A stretch of DNA of 64,000 nt from Ruditapes philippinarum (Eukaryota): positions 1-64,000 of the forward strand of contig NW_026859652.1 of the NCBI RefSeq assembly GCF_026571515.1, read 5' to 3'. Made by a program: the position numbers and the translations under genes. Under the pieces are notes generated by a model. The model was not told the origin of the DNA. It did not search any database and saw only the letters and a list, made by a program, of their open reading frames with translations. Of this stretch, positions 1 to 13,139 are shown piece by piece (position 1 is the first letter of the stretch; each line of letters opens with the position of its first letter).

Positions 1-94
1 GCCACTGTCACTCTGAGTACTTAATTCTCTTTTGTAAATGACAACAATAATTTTAGCTACAATGCCAGTAACTTCTGAAAGCATGTTGATAACG

Positions 95-1088
95 GTACAA
101 GTCAACCCGGCCCCAGGTCAACCCGGCCCCAAGTCAGCCCGCCCCCAAATTGGTCAACCCGGCCCCAAACTGGTCAACCCGGCCCCAAACTAATGTTATT
201 TCTGGTCAACCCGGCCCCATTTTATTTTATTTATTTTCCTTTAAAATGTAAACACTTATCAAGAAATAAAATAAAAATTAACAACAAAAACAAAAGTTCA
301 ACGATGATATCTTTTATTTTTTATTTTATATAAAAACTATCAATATAAACAAACAATTTCTTTCACCAGCTGACTATCTTGAAGACCACGTCCAATGACC
401 TGAAATGAAAGTAGCATTTGCGCAACAAAGTATAATATTTTATTATCATCTTGGTGATAACATAAATAACTATAAAATCGGCGATGGTTTGTTCCTTCTT
501 AAACAATAAATAAGATTTTTTAAACATTAATCGAAATTCTATGCATTTCTTCCTAATTATCGCATTAACACTCAAGAAACCATCTTTAATCGAATAAAGA
601 CATGTAAGATACTACCAACTTACATTTGTATTTAAAGGATTTGTTTTCACAGTTGTTATACTATTTTTGTTAATTGATTGCTTTAAACTGTTTGATTATC
701 ACATCTGAATTAATGTTGATGTACATATAATTGTTGATGTTATATAATAATTCATTATCACTAGTGCGTATTAAAGACTTAATCGGCGCAATTAAATTTA
801 CCGACACTTTTATGCAAGTTCATGTTTTTTTTACTATTGTTATATACATGTAGTTAATAATCTTCAATTAATAATAAATCAATATTATTCCATCATACAA
901 CAAAATGACTTTTTTCTTTGAAAAATATATATTTTGGGGCCGGAATGACCAATTTTGGGGCCGCACTGACCAATTTTGGGGCCACATTGACCAAATAAAA
1001 ATACTGTGGGGCGGGAATGACCAATTTTGGGGCCGGGTTGACCAATTTTGAGGCCGGGTTGACTTGGGGCCGGGTTGACTGTAATTCG
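95..1088. mobile_element. Non-autonomous TIR element (foldback/MITE-like) with arrays of subterminal ~20-bp repeats
   Basis: The left end has tandem 'ggtcaacccggcccc(aaa)' units (~95-220); the right end has their reverse complement 'ggggccgggttgac' (~935-1085); the middle is AT-rich. No clear TSD. The ORFs at 885-1117 are translations of the repeat. Confidence 0.8.
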
Positions 1089-1254
1089 TCGATAATGCAT
1101 TGGCATATGCTACACAATGACTTCTAATTAACTACAACTTGTAGTTGTACTGTATTTAATATTTAAAAAGGTAATTAAATTATCTTTGATTCCATCTTTC
1201 TATCTATCTATCTTCCATTAATGTCAAACACCTTGCGTGCACATTGACCTTTTG

Positions 1255-1699
1255 GAAAACCTAGCTAAACAACGTTTTCCGGTATGTTACGGATACATAA
1301 CACTAGTATGTGATATTTCCATTTTTCTATCATTATTAAATTAATTTTCATTGTTTATGGTGAAAAAACTTGATGTGTTTGAATATTATTAATGTTCCTG
1401 TAATATCTATCGCAAATTTTCCCAAAAAAAGTTATGGATAATTAAAATCTGTAAAATTAAAACAGTCGTAGCATCTGCCATAATAGATCAAGATATTTTC
1501 TGCAGAAACTTATGTACTATTTACTTTATTTTTTGTATTGAATTATTCATACAGTGATATTTAATTACTTTCTTACAAAGTAATAATTGTTTTATTACAC
1601 GTTAATCCAAAAAAATGACAAAAACATACAGATTGTTACTACACACCCTTTTGGTGAATTCCCCAGAGCTCTGGAAAAACGACGTTTAGCTAGGTTTTC
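1255..1699. mobile_element. MITE with ~25-bp terminal inverted repeats
   Basis: 'gaaaacctagctaaacaacgttttcc' at 1255 and 'ggaaaaacgacgtttagctaggttttc' ending at 1699 are near-perfect inverted repeats. Confidence 0.7.
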
Positions 1700-2294
1700 G
1701 ATTTTGTGAATAGACATGACTCCTGACTTCAGAGACAGCTATGAGATACAAGGGAATCTTGAAACCAGTCCCTAGCTCTTATTGAATACCCCTAGGTTCT
1801 TTTACATGCCTAATGTATAGCACTGATACATGCAAGGATTATCTTGTTTTTTTACTAGTACACATCTATGTAGGTGGGAACTGGTTGAAACACTGAAAGT
1901 GTCTCTAATAAATTGCAAGGGTGTTACCCAGTTAGAAATGTATTTGTGCTTTTTCTGTCATTCTTTGGAAATAAACCTTATATGAATCAGAAATTCTTGA
2001 CATCTTATTGATACTCAAGGAATTTGAAAGAAATTAAGTTAGTAAGTTTAATTGTACACCTTACATATAGAATCTCTAGTCTGAAATTCTTGACATCTAA
2101 TTGATTCAAAGGAATTTGGATAAAATGCAGATCAAAATTTGTAAATGTGTCTGACTCTCAGAATCTTATCATAAAATCAAATTATTCTAAATGCTCCAAA
2201 GTTTCTGACTTGTTATATTTTCTATTCATTATTTATTAGATTAACATGCATTTTGTATTGATATAAATTTGTGAACTTATAAATTGTATTTCAG

Positions 2295-5200
2295 GTACTT
2301 TCAATATTCAAGCAACTACACAAAACAAGAAAATCAGTGTTCAAAGGAGACACTTACGCTCTTGGAGGTACATTTAAACATTTCAATAGCTTTGATATAA
2401 TTTTATCATTCATATAGTTTTATTGCTTATTATATGTAATTACTACATAACCAACCATTGTAACTACATGTAGTATTGGATTTTCTGCTCGGAATTAATA
2501 TAACAGGACATTTTTAGCAACTACAGACCAAATATAAAGCAGTCTCATGATGGTATCCAATTTACAGCTGACAGACCAATAAGTTAAGTGTTTATCATCT
2601 ATTTATGAAGTAACTAGTATGGTATACGGCTTGACAGCCTGCCCAGGAGTGGGGTGGTGGCTGAACTGTGCTCTGATGAATACATAATTGCTCACTGCTG
2701 CGATTCTGAGGATAAACTATCACCACTACACCAATGATTATTTATTGATTAAATATGCAATTAATGAAATTATAAAATTATCATTATATATAATTTCTTC
2801 AAAATATCTTTCTTGGTAGGATATGAGGGTATTGTCTACTTAAATTTTTGATGTATTTTTATTTAAGTTACACCTTGATTACTTTTCACTTTCTTGGAAA
2901 AAAGGTTACGGCCATGGCCTACACAGACTATAGGAAGCTGAGACACTTTCTTTTTGAATATATAGGTGATAGTACATATTCAAATTGTATTTCATTCTTC
3001 TTCTTTTTTTCACCACGTTTTGAAATCCATCAGCACTACCATTATAAAAGACTTGCATGTGGAATATTTAGAACTATCCCTGATGAATTTTAAGGATTAT
3101 TAGTTATGACATTTTGACACTTAAAGGAATAACCTCAGTATAGTTCTCTGGACATCTACTACTGTTGTGGCTTAGTTTGTAGAAATATAAGATAACACAT
3201 GTTTGAAGTTGAAAATTGGGCATTTATTACCAAAAATGCCAGAAAATATGTTTTATATCAGTTGCAAATCTATTTTAAATCGCAGTTGTGAGGGAGAAAA
3301 TCAATGAAGAATTCAGAAACAATAAAGATGTTAATGACTCTCAGAAAATTGAAGAGGTAAGTTCTAACCCTTAAATTAAGCTAAATTTGTGTAATGACTT
3401 TATCCTGCTTTTGATTTGGAACAGTCCATTCATAATTTAAGGGGTTTCATTTTTCAAATTTTAAAAATTGAGCTACCAACAGTACAGGGCCTTTAAAGAC
3501 TGCACATGTGTTCAGGCTGGCCCTGGCACTCTAATAAAAAGTTGGTGGCAGGGGTTCATCAGTAGGCTTATATATCTTAAAGTTCACTTACACTCAAATC
3601 TTTATCACTGTGAAGCTGGTGCTAGGGGGTGTGGACAGTAGTTTGCACTTGACAGTAACGTCCATGAACAGGCTCAATCAAACCGAGCCTGCAACATTTT
3701 CAATTTTGCCGTGTTGGGCTTTCTTTAGGGGTTCTTATTTTCTCTTTTTCATTCTGCAGCTCTACTAACTTTGTTACAAGTTGCTTTTGCATTTCACTCC
3801 TGGCATTGATCTGCAAAATTACATCTGACTTTTTTACTTCCTGCAGGATTTATTGCTCCTTTTTACCACTGATAACACTCATTGGTAATTTGTACTGCAT
3901 TCTATTAGAACTGGGTCTTAATTAATACAAATTTATTTTAGTTTGATTGTGCTTGAAGCTATATTAGTTTATTAAAACATTCTCAAATTGTTCCTGGAAA
4001 CAACCAGTTCTAATTAAGCAATGAATGTAAAGTTTCTTGCTCAAGGAAACAACGGCTTGCCCCTGACAGGGTTTGAACTCACTGGGACTTACGAACCCAG
4101 GTTAGAACAATAGAAAGAAAAATAGCTTTTAACAGTTTATTCATATATGTATTAGGCCTTTTTGTTTAACATTTTGGGAATGCCACACCAACATGATTGG
4201 AATTGAGAGTATAGCATATAAATAAAAATCAAATGCAATGAATAGCTTATTTATAGTCTTAACATTTAATATTTTCTTGTATAAGTTTTTACAAGGGATT
4301 TTCCTTTTGAACAATATATTTTTTAAAGGAATGTCAACAACCAGATTTAATGCAGACTGTTGAATATCAATTTTTTTTACTTATCATGTTTTTGGCTTAG
4401 GGAATGTCCCAGTTCGCCGGTAGTAACTACACAAGAAAAAAATTACCAGTTTTTAAAATACAATATTATATACATGCATATACCATTTCCATGTATTGTT
4501 TGCAATCTCTGTTATATTAAAAAAAAATTATATCTCTTTTCAACAGTTACTGACTGTAGCAAAGGATGCTGAAATAGCAGTTAGAACTAACATAGTTCAA
4601 ATGGAGTATAACAATGATACTGGAAATTACAGTAAGTCTTACTCTTTTTCTTTTGATCATCTTAACATGTGTATTTTTAGTTATATTTCAAGACTATTAT
4701 TATAAGTAAAGTTTTCTAATAGATTGCTTTTGCACTTGTACATTTATACATTAATTAAAGGGACTCCACTGAGGTTTTTTGACATGATGGCACTGAAAAT
4801 ATTTTTTCCAGATAAATGTACCATTTGATGTAGGTTTAGACCACTAATTTTTGTGCAAAATTTCAGATCATTTGCACACTTTGTTTTTCCAGAATAACTA
4901 TTCAACTTGTAAAAAATGACCCAAAATAAAAAGCATTTAAACACTTTTTACTCAAATCGGGCTAAGAGAAGCATAAAAATATGATTTTCAATTTATTTCA
5001 AAGTATATTTCTTAACTATCTTTGCATATATTTCTGTTTAAAGTGCCCCAGCTCATTTCAGTACGAAATTCAAATGTTATGTTTTTAGGCTTTTAAACTT
5101 TAGTGGAGTCCCTTTAATATATAAAAGAAGAGCTATTCTACACACTAGGTCATGGTCATTGTTCTATAATTATATACAAATGCACATTTGAGTTTTATTG

Positions 5201-6848
5201 CCAACTGTGAGAAGTATAAGCTTATTGCTATATTAGGATTTAAATTGCTGTCACAAACTTCACAGGAATGTCAATGATTGTAAAGTGAAATTCAACAAGC
5301 TATTTTGAATGGTTCCAGTCCGATGCCCAAAGGACCTTGAAAAAAAAATTAAAGATAAAATTTTGAAATTCTTTACCATACCTACATTGCCAAGAGCTGA
5401 GATATTTGGTATGTGGCATGATGTTGCAGTTCTACAAAATATAAACTTAATGCGGATTGCCCTTGGCATCATAAGTAGCCCTTTGCTATCAATACCATCA
5501 ATACCCAGACTACATTTGTACATTATCATCATGTTATAGAATAATGAATAATATAAGAAAACATTTAAATATTTTTACCTGAATCTGTGTGGACTATAAG
5601 TTTCCGGGCATGTTACAATGCCCAGAAGACAAAGTTGTCAACAAAGATTATCTTATACTTTCCCCTTTGGTCAAATTTTGCCAAGCAGTTTTAATTATTC
5701 TTATATTAATTTGAACAGAACTCTTTAATACTTTAAAAAAAATTTCATACTCAAAAACTAAATTGCCCAGAGCTGAGATGATTGGTGTGTATCAATATTT
5801 TGTGGTTCTTTACCAAATTTATTTCAATTATGCCCTGGGATGTCTTTTGTTTTATATGGACTCCGTAAGGAAAAACGTTTTAATTATTAGCTTGTCTGTG
5901 TTTCGAAGAAAATGTCGAGCTATTATGATTGCTGTGATCATCATTGTGGTCTTCATTGTCATCATGCAAAAACTTTAGTGTAGTTCATAACTCAAACAAT
6001 TTTTAAGGTATTAATATAAAACTTGGAATTCTTGTTTACATGACTTGGCACGGTAATTTGAAAAGGGGCGTCATTCTGAAAGTTATATTTTTGGAGTAAT
6101 GCCCCTTTTTAACATAGAATTTTTGAACAGATGAGTGTTAACACTCATGCCGTGTTCTTGTTTTGTTCTTATTCTTGGCATACATGGCATATTAGAGCCT
6201 AGATAATTTATCTGTAGTATTTCCTTAAGGGCCACCACACAAACTTAACCTTTATACACTTATAAATACACTTTTACAAAATAATGACCAAAAAAATAGA
6301 ATTCATGTGAACGATCATGGAAGCTCTTGTAAGTTAAAGCTGCATGCCTCCAGATGAGCTAAAATATTTCAAGAAAATAAAACTTGAGTAAAAAGTACTG
6401 AGATTTTGAGAAAAGTAAAAAAATTCAAGATATATGTAATGATTTCTATGTTATGAGCGATTTATGACCGATTTTGCATTATTTTCCCCCATATTTCTAC
6501 TGCGTTACTAAAGCAGTAAGGGCTACTATTTGCATATTTTGACCTCTTTTTTGGTCATTTACATGGGTTGTTTATGCTGATTGCAATGTTAAAATATTTT
6601 CTTTGTTGACTTCACAATATTTTACTTTTTTAATACATTTTCAAAATTTTCATGAAAATAAACATGAAACTCGAGCCGTGCTGCTTTAAACTTTAAAGGC
6701 TTAGTTTTTTATAATTTGGATATTGTATATATTTTCAGAGGCACACATCACTAAAGATACTGAAATGTTTGACAATAAAGAATTTGATCCTAATGCCCAG
6801 ATTCCAAGGAGACCTGGTAGACCAAAATGTGATGACAAAGTGTCATGA
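2295..6848 (+). CDS. LYRM7: LYR motif-containing protein 7 (mitochondrial complex III assembly factor, MZM1-like); exons 2295-2367, 3286-3356, 4547-4631, 6739-6848; first exon not identified (probably upstream of the window)
   Basis: AG/GT-bounded, phase-compatible exons splice to VLSIFKQLHKTRKSVFKGDTYALGVVREKINEEFRNNKDVNDSQKIEELLTVAKDAEIAVRTNIVQMEYNNDTGNYKAHITKDTEMFDNKEFDPNAQIPRRPGRPKCDDKVS*. This is recognisably LYRM7 (VLxxFKxLHxTR..VFK.D...KINEEF..NK...KIEEL). AATAAA at 6869. Confidence 0.93.
3965..4105 (-). mobile_element. Degraded tRNA-derived CORE-type SINE fragment
   Basis: 'gtaaagtttcttgctcaaggaaacaac...gggtttgaactc' resembles the reverse complement of a CORE-like domain followed by a Pol III B box. 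Confidence 0.45.
4759..5113. mobile_element. TTAA-target MITE (Kolobok-like termini)
   Basis: TTAA|agggactccact ... agtggagtccct|TTAA: perfect 12-bp TIRs with a TTAA TSD. A related left-end fragment lies at ~30900-31000. Confidence 0.8.
6338..6685. mobile_element. TTAA-target MITE (Kolobok-like termini)
   Basis: TTAA|agctgcatgcctc ... gagccgtgctgct|TTAA: imperfect TIRs with a TTAA TSD. Confidence 0.65.
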
Positions 6849-7204
6849 TTTTAATGAAATTTCTTGTAAATAAATTCTTTAATATTAAATGTTAGTTGCC
6901 TAAATTTTTACTTATCCTTCCTTTACACAATATTCTGATGTTTACTGAAGTAACACTGATATAGTTAAGATAATTTTTGAAGACTTTCAAGCACTTATAT
7001 TTAATCAAATCCCATGGGTGAGCATATAAGATGATAGAACTTATAGAGCTTTTGTACATGAATGAAAAAAATAAAAAATTCTACAAAACGACAATATTTC
7101 TTCAAATTTATATGTTAGGCCATGTTTTAACATGAAAAAAACGCGATTTTGGGTAATTTCAGGTATTTTTATCATTTTTTGTTAAGCATTCAGATTTCAG
7201 AATA

Positions 7205-7465
7205 GGCACATCCGTGGCCGAGTGGTCTCAAACCCTTTGCCTTTCACCACTGTAGGTTTGAGCTGCGCAAGTGTCTTTAAATTCTTTCATGTTAGAGATT
7301 GAGCTATTCATTGAGCTTACACCCAACGTCAGTGGTTCTACTCAGTTGCTCATTTGTGTTTGAAAGTATGCACAGAGGAGCCCCTGAAGTCTTCCTGCAC
7401 AAGTAAAGCTAGAAACCAAGTTTAATACTGTGTTGGTGAGACATTAAACCAAACAAACAAAAAAA
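7205..7465 (+). mobile_element. tRNA-derived SINE (Meta-domain-like), diverged near full-length copy
   Basis: A-box-like 'gtggccgagtgg', central 'gtggttctactc...gcacagaggagcccctgaagtcttcct', and an (aaac)n tail; homologous to the copies at 15554 and ~49390. Confidence 0.7.
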
Positions 7466-7739
7466 GATTTCAGGATGATGATGAATTTTTTTCGATCAAC
7501 ATATTCATAGGATGTTTGTAGTTATGATGTTGGTACGAGATTCAAAAGGGATCAGCTAAAATTTATTTTAAGTTATATAAACCACAATAAAAACGCAATT
7601 AAGTTTCTATATCTTTGTCCATATTATGTTATCAAAATGTGTAACTTGAAAAAATTCAGAATTGATTTAATAATTCCCTACTTTATTACACAAATCTAAC
7701 TATTCATATTGGACGAACTGTCTTTATATAAACTAAAAC

Positions 7740-8370
7740 TGTGTCCAAAGGAAAAGGATCCCCCCAACTGAAACTAAATTATGGAAATATAGTGAAAAAA
7801 AAAAACAAAGGCCAAAATTTTCGGTTAAATTTTGGAAAAACCTTCCTTTTTTCATCACACTTTAAATTTGTTCATCCCGGGAAAGTTTAAAAAAATCCCC
7901 CTTTCCGGGTTTTAAAGAGGAATTGCTTTCAAAAAATTTCTATTTTTGGATATAGTGAAAAACTAAAAAAAAGGGCCCCATGATTCTTTTTAAATTTTGG
8001 GTCCCCAGAAAAAATTTCCCTTTTCCTTAACTACCATCTACCCCCATTAAGGTTTTTACCCTGGGGGTTTAAAGAAAAATCTGCCACCCGGTTTTAAGGG
8101 GATTTTCCCTTTCAAAAAATTTTTCTTATAGCAAAAGGGGGAAAAAACCCAAAAAAGGGCCATATTTTTTTAAAATTTGGGTTTCCCCCACAAAAAATTT
8201 TTAACTACCATTAAAAGGTTGTTATCCCTGGAATTTTAAAAGAAAAAATTTTGTACCCGGGTTTTTAAGGGGAGTTCCCCGTTCACAAGTTTTTTGGACT
8301 TTCGGACAAAAAGTAGGGACGAAAAAAGTGAAAACGCTTTTTATCCCCCCACTTTTGGGGGCAAAAAAAA
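7740..8370. repeat. Degraded ~160-180-bp tandem units (bivalve satellite/Helentron-associated type) in low-quality sequence
   Basis: 'gaaaaaa..aaaagggcc..a..tt..taaaatttgg' recurs near 7795, 7957 and 8140; homopolymers are inflated. Confidence 0.5.
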
Positions 8371-8519
8371 AAGTGTTTATCTATTAAAGAATACTAAACA
8401 TTAAAAATAATTTCTTCATATGAATTTTCCCCCTTTATTTGAAAAACTTTTATACATTAAAAATATTTTAAACATTTAACTAAAATTTAATGAATTTTAA
8501 AATAAAAAAAAATTTTTTG

Positions 8520-8870
8520 GGCATCATCTTTGCCACTGAAAGTACAGCTTCCTTGTTTCACCACATCGTAAGTCAGCATAGAGACCCTTCAGATCCTTCA
8601 ACACTGCCTTTCCTCAAATATCTCATCTCTTTTAAAGTATACTATTTCTTAATTGTTACCATACACAAACACTGTACGTTCATTCCACATTATATTCCAT
8701 TAGGATCACTTATATCAGTCTTATCTTGTAATTTTTCATCGTCAGATACATTGATAAACCGTCAGATAAATTACATTGATAAACCGTCAGATACATTACA
8801 TTGATAAACCGTCAGATACATTGATAAACCGACTATTTGTAGATGTTGTGGTATATTGTAATTGTGACAT
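8520..8870 (-). pseudogene. Relic of the 3' (beta-propeller) end of a B-box/propeller paralogue
   Basis: Minus-strand fragments TNSRFINVSD, DISDPNGI, RTVFVYG and GKAVLKDLKGLYADLRCGETRKLYF match the intact paralogue motifs ANSRFIYVSD, DMEAPKGI, GTVFVCD and GRIVLKD..PYAV..CGKTR.LY; stops and frameshifts are present. Confidence 0.75.
8741..8830. repeat. Short tandem repeat, four units of 20/25/25/20 bp
   Basis: 'gtcagata(cat/aat)..ttgataaacc' x4; the unit is the RFIxVSD-coding segment of the pseudogene. Confidence 0.85.
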
Positions 8871-9647
8871 GTATGTAATGTTCATTTTACAATTTAATCC
8901 CTTTAGTATCAAGTATATGGAGCTTGAGAAACAATTTTTTTATATTGATAGCAACTTATAAGCAACTTTTAACATTGTATTTTATCAGGCGTTCAACACA
9001 GTAAAATAAATTTAAAAATTGTATTTTATCAGGCGTTCAACACAGTAAAATAAACTTATTACATCAAGTCTATAATAATAATATTATATACGAATAAAGA
9101 ATATTGTTGAGAATCATAAGAAACATCAACTTTAATGATAAGTATTCATTTACTTTGAACATCCTCTATTATAAAAAACTATAGTCGAATTGTGTGTACG
9201 ATCTGTCCGTCATCTTGACCTGAATCAATAATAAAATGTCTCTTGAAAGCTGAATCTTCCTTTTCTGTGACGTTTGGTCAATTCTAATCAAGATTTAATG
9301 TAAATAGAGGATATTGAATGAGGGTTAGTTCAATATTGAATCAGTTGAATATATTGCGAGCTTCTGGCGAGCATTATTCAACACTTTCAATAAATTCATT
9401 AATGAACCTCCACGAATATAATATTGTTTTTATCACATACCAAAAAATAAAGTTTGTTTAATGTGAAAAAAGTAACATTTTTTCATTGACGCCCCTATAG
9501 TGTAACGAGATGTTTGTATAACGCAAGTAACGTCCCATCAAAATATATGCACGGAGTCGCAAAAGCGGCTCGGGTATGTGATAAAAGTACCTAATGCAAT
9601 TAACATACGTTTTTAAATCCTCAATTTTAATAAGCAGCTTGAACTTT

Positions 9648-12600
9648 TAGTCCAAGAAATTTGTGAAAAAATTGTGCACCTTCTGTGAAAAGCATGAAAC
9701 TTGGCATGGTGTCAAGGAATGGTATTTCAAGTTATTTCAGCCTGGGATCCACTTTTAAAAAATCCAAGATGGCCGCCAAAATCCAAGATGGCCGCCAAAA
9801 GGTAAAATCTGCAAAGGGCATGCCAAAATGAAGTTATTTATGATTAGAAAATGATATAAATTGACATTATAGGTCAAAAATAGTAATTTCTTGGAAAATG
9901 CTTAAGTAGCATTGGTAGAAAATTCAATATGGCTTCAAAATCCAATATGGCTGCCATTAAATGATGTTATTTTGACAAATTTCTATAATAAAGGTAATTT
10001 GTATCTTCAACACTTTTCATACATGTAACAAACTAAAAAAGTGGCATTCCTGCATAAAAACTGCATACACAGATGTACATTTACAGACAAAAAAACTTGC
10101 ATTTATGGATAAAACCATGCGAGCACATTATTTAGCTTGATATTTCAAAGAATAGGGAGCAAGTGATAGTGTGCACCAAAGGCGTCAGCTTTACAAGTTT
10201 TTCATGCAAGTTGTTTTTGTATTAAAATACATGATGGATACGTTAAACGCTAATACACTTATTTTTTAGCATAATAGAAGGTAACCGTTAAATGTCAATA
10301 ACTCTTTCATGGATTTTGACAGAATTATGTCCCTTTTAAATATAGAGAATTCTTCATAATCTAGGTTCTTGTTTAGCTATAAAGCACCAAGAACAGTCTA
10401 ACACTTTATGATATCCTACCAATAGCTCTTGTCAATGTGCATGATTCTGATACCATGCAAAACCGCTGATTTTTATAATGATCCCCAGTAACCTTATTAC
10501 CAAAAAATAATACACAAAAATTAAAGTTAAAATCAATACAAAACTAGTTCCTTTATGCGAAAATAACATATCGTAGAATCACCAAAACAAAATGACTAAT
10601 ACATTTTTTTGCGCATCAACATCTACAGCCAATAGAATGAGGGCTCAGAATGCGTCCACGCGCTTCTGTAGATGTTAATGCATGAAAAGTGTGAATTAAT
10701 CCTCTGTTGTATTGTATATTTTAGTGCACACAATTCCTTTGCTTATTTGAACCAAATGTTCAGTATGATTTATACTAGTAAGTGTCGGAGACAGAAGGGT
10801 TTCTTCTGTCAATTATTTTTAATAAATTTAGTTTGCATCATCCTTGTGATCGTCTTACTGCAGCTGTGAGTTCTTTTTCATTAGTAAATTCAGCAGCATA
10901 TTTTGTGTCATAGATAACAGAATCAGACTCTTTTTATGTCATTATTTTGGCAAGGTCTTGTGAATAAACAAGAAAACAGAATGATATTGAACGCAAATAT
11001 CTTTGGTTTTTCTGTAATCAAACTTAAGTGTTTGGCATTATTAAGATTAGTAATTCGTGACTTTATATGAGATCAAGTTTAGACTTTTGCAGCTCTTTCT
11101 GTTTGATAATTTTGATACGAGATTCCAATTGTAAGATTGAGATACTAACTTACTGCGAATTTCGGGGGTGCATTCCAGGGGCAACGCTCTTAAATTTCTT
11201 GTTAAGTTCTCCCTTTTATATTTTAAAGCAGTTGAAATGTACATAATAATATGTATTTTCCACAACTGTCATAAAAGGACTGTACACAAGAACTAGTGAA
11301 ATCATGACTCACTTAGCTTAATTCATGAGGTTGTCATTTCTTCAGTTTTTGTTTTTGTTTTTTTATTTACTCTTACAAGAATCACAATAACAATGAACAA
11401 TTGACCTTAACTTGACAGACATTCAGTACTAAATAAATAGGTGTTAATTATAAGTAATTGACTAAAGTTTTCTTGTTTATACTGATTAGTATTAGTTGAT
11501 AACACTTTAAACATTACCTTGCTTAAGTTAGTATAAAGTACGCTGATGTACAACTGTTGAAATATCATTATTTCTAACATCTTCAGCAATTTACTAGCCT
11601 TATTCTCATAATTTCATTATCTGCCCGTGAATAAAAATTTCTTTGCTAATTTTGGGTAATTTCAAGTTCAAGCAACTTGCAATCAAACTAAACTGAGCCT
11701 TATTCCAATGATATGATATGTAGCTGACCTCCTATTGGGTCATTGTGCAAGACTGGTTTAACTTCCATTTTTTGTTTTAAATATTCTTTTGTTTCTTTTG
11801 AATTTTCGTAAATCAAGTAAAAATGCTTCTAAAAACATAAATCTGAGCAATTCAATTATGAGCATGTTTCAATATGAATCGGATTCTTTAAAACAGTTTC
11901 ATAACTAAATGGGTTTTAGTCACAAAAACATATTTCTTCCAAAACTATGCATGGTCACCCATGTGAAGTTTCATTGAAATCCCACCAGTAACTTGACCTA
12001 TGGAAGCCGGACAATATTTTTTCATTTATAGCTCTGGTGACCATTATTTGCAGCAAAGAAACGAATGTGCTGGTGATGTGTGGTGCACAACTAGGGATAG
12101 TTCTGCCTCTCTCCTGTAAAGTTTGGTTGATATTCAACCAGTAGTTTGACCAGTGAAGGCCGGGTCAGAGATATTTTCTGCTTTTTAGCTCTGGCGGCCA
12201 TTTTGTGCATCGAAGCGGAATGTGACGGTGATGTCCACAACTTGGGGATAAGTACTGATAACTCCTGTAACTCCCACATGCAGTTTGACCTGTGAAGGAT
12301 GGACAAGCTAAATCCGGACGAACAGAACAGACAGACGGCAAAGGCAAATACAATACGTCTCCAAAATTTTCTTCAAATTGTTTGGTTAAAAAACCTGTAA
12401 TATAATGTATTTGTGCTATTTTTATACTAATTTGAAAATGATTACAGCCGGTAAGCTAACATATTCTGAAAAAATTCACATATGGTGGCCATCTTGGATT
12501 TCGGCAAGCATGTTGGATATGCAAAACCCAGATCCAAGACTTGGTTATAAATAAATATGCAATACCATAATTTTTTAAAATTGGTCTTATTTTATACTGT

Positions 12601-13139
12601 TTCTGTAATGACGACAACAGCTTGAAAACTATTAAATTCTGAAATTTTAATATGGCGGCCATTATGGATTTTGGCAGCCATCTTGGATCTGCACAACCTG
12701 GATCCGAGGCTTTAAATATATATAAATGTGTAATATAATAAAGTGGTGATATTTCATACTGACATGTAAAGAATACAAGTAAAAACTTTAATAATTTTTG
12801 AAAAAAAAATAAATAAATGGCGGCCATCTTGGATTTTGGCGGCCATTTTTGAATTTGCACAACCTGGATCAAAGGCTCTGAATATAAATTAATCTGTAAT
12901 ATAATGAACTGATGCTTTTTTATATTAATCTAGGCATGCCTACAGCTGAAATACCCAAATATTCTGAAAATTTTAATATATGGCGGCCATCTTGGATTTT
13001 GGCGGCCATATTGGATTTTAAAAAAGTGGATCCCAGGCTAAAATGAATTGAAATACTATTTCCTGCCACCATGCCAAGTTTCATGCTTTTCACAAAAGGT
13101 GCACAATTCACCCTTTTTATGCACGGATTTCTTGGACTA
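9648..13139. mobile_element. Non-autonomous Academ-like DNA transposon with long TIRs
   Basis: Termini 'tagtccaagaaat' and 'atttcttggacta' (TAG...CTA); ~150-bp TIRs sharing 'tgtgcacctt..gtgaaaagcatgaaacttggcatggtg...gcctgggatccactttt'; 3-bp TTT on both flanks; many 'tccaagatggccgcc' subterminal motifs; no transposase ORF. Confidence 0.8.

Noticed and set aside
100-220. Short direct repeats superficially like a CRISPR array (also 26597-26997 and 42361-42815)
   Set aside because: No unique spacers, no cas genes, and a eukaryotic context; these are TE subterminal repeats or minisatellites.
885-1117. Pro/Gly-rich repeat ORFs (GPKIGQ.. / PAPKLV..)
   Set aside because: They are translations of the subterminal repeats of the TIR element at 95-1088.
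7205-7275. tRNA-like A/B box sequence
   Set aside because: It is a SINE head; no complete cloverleaf.
12456-13111. ORFs with KMAA / PRWPP repeats
   Set aside because: Artefacts of the repeated ccaagatggccgcc motif in the Academ-like TIR.
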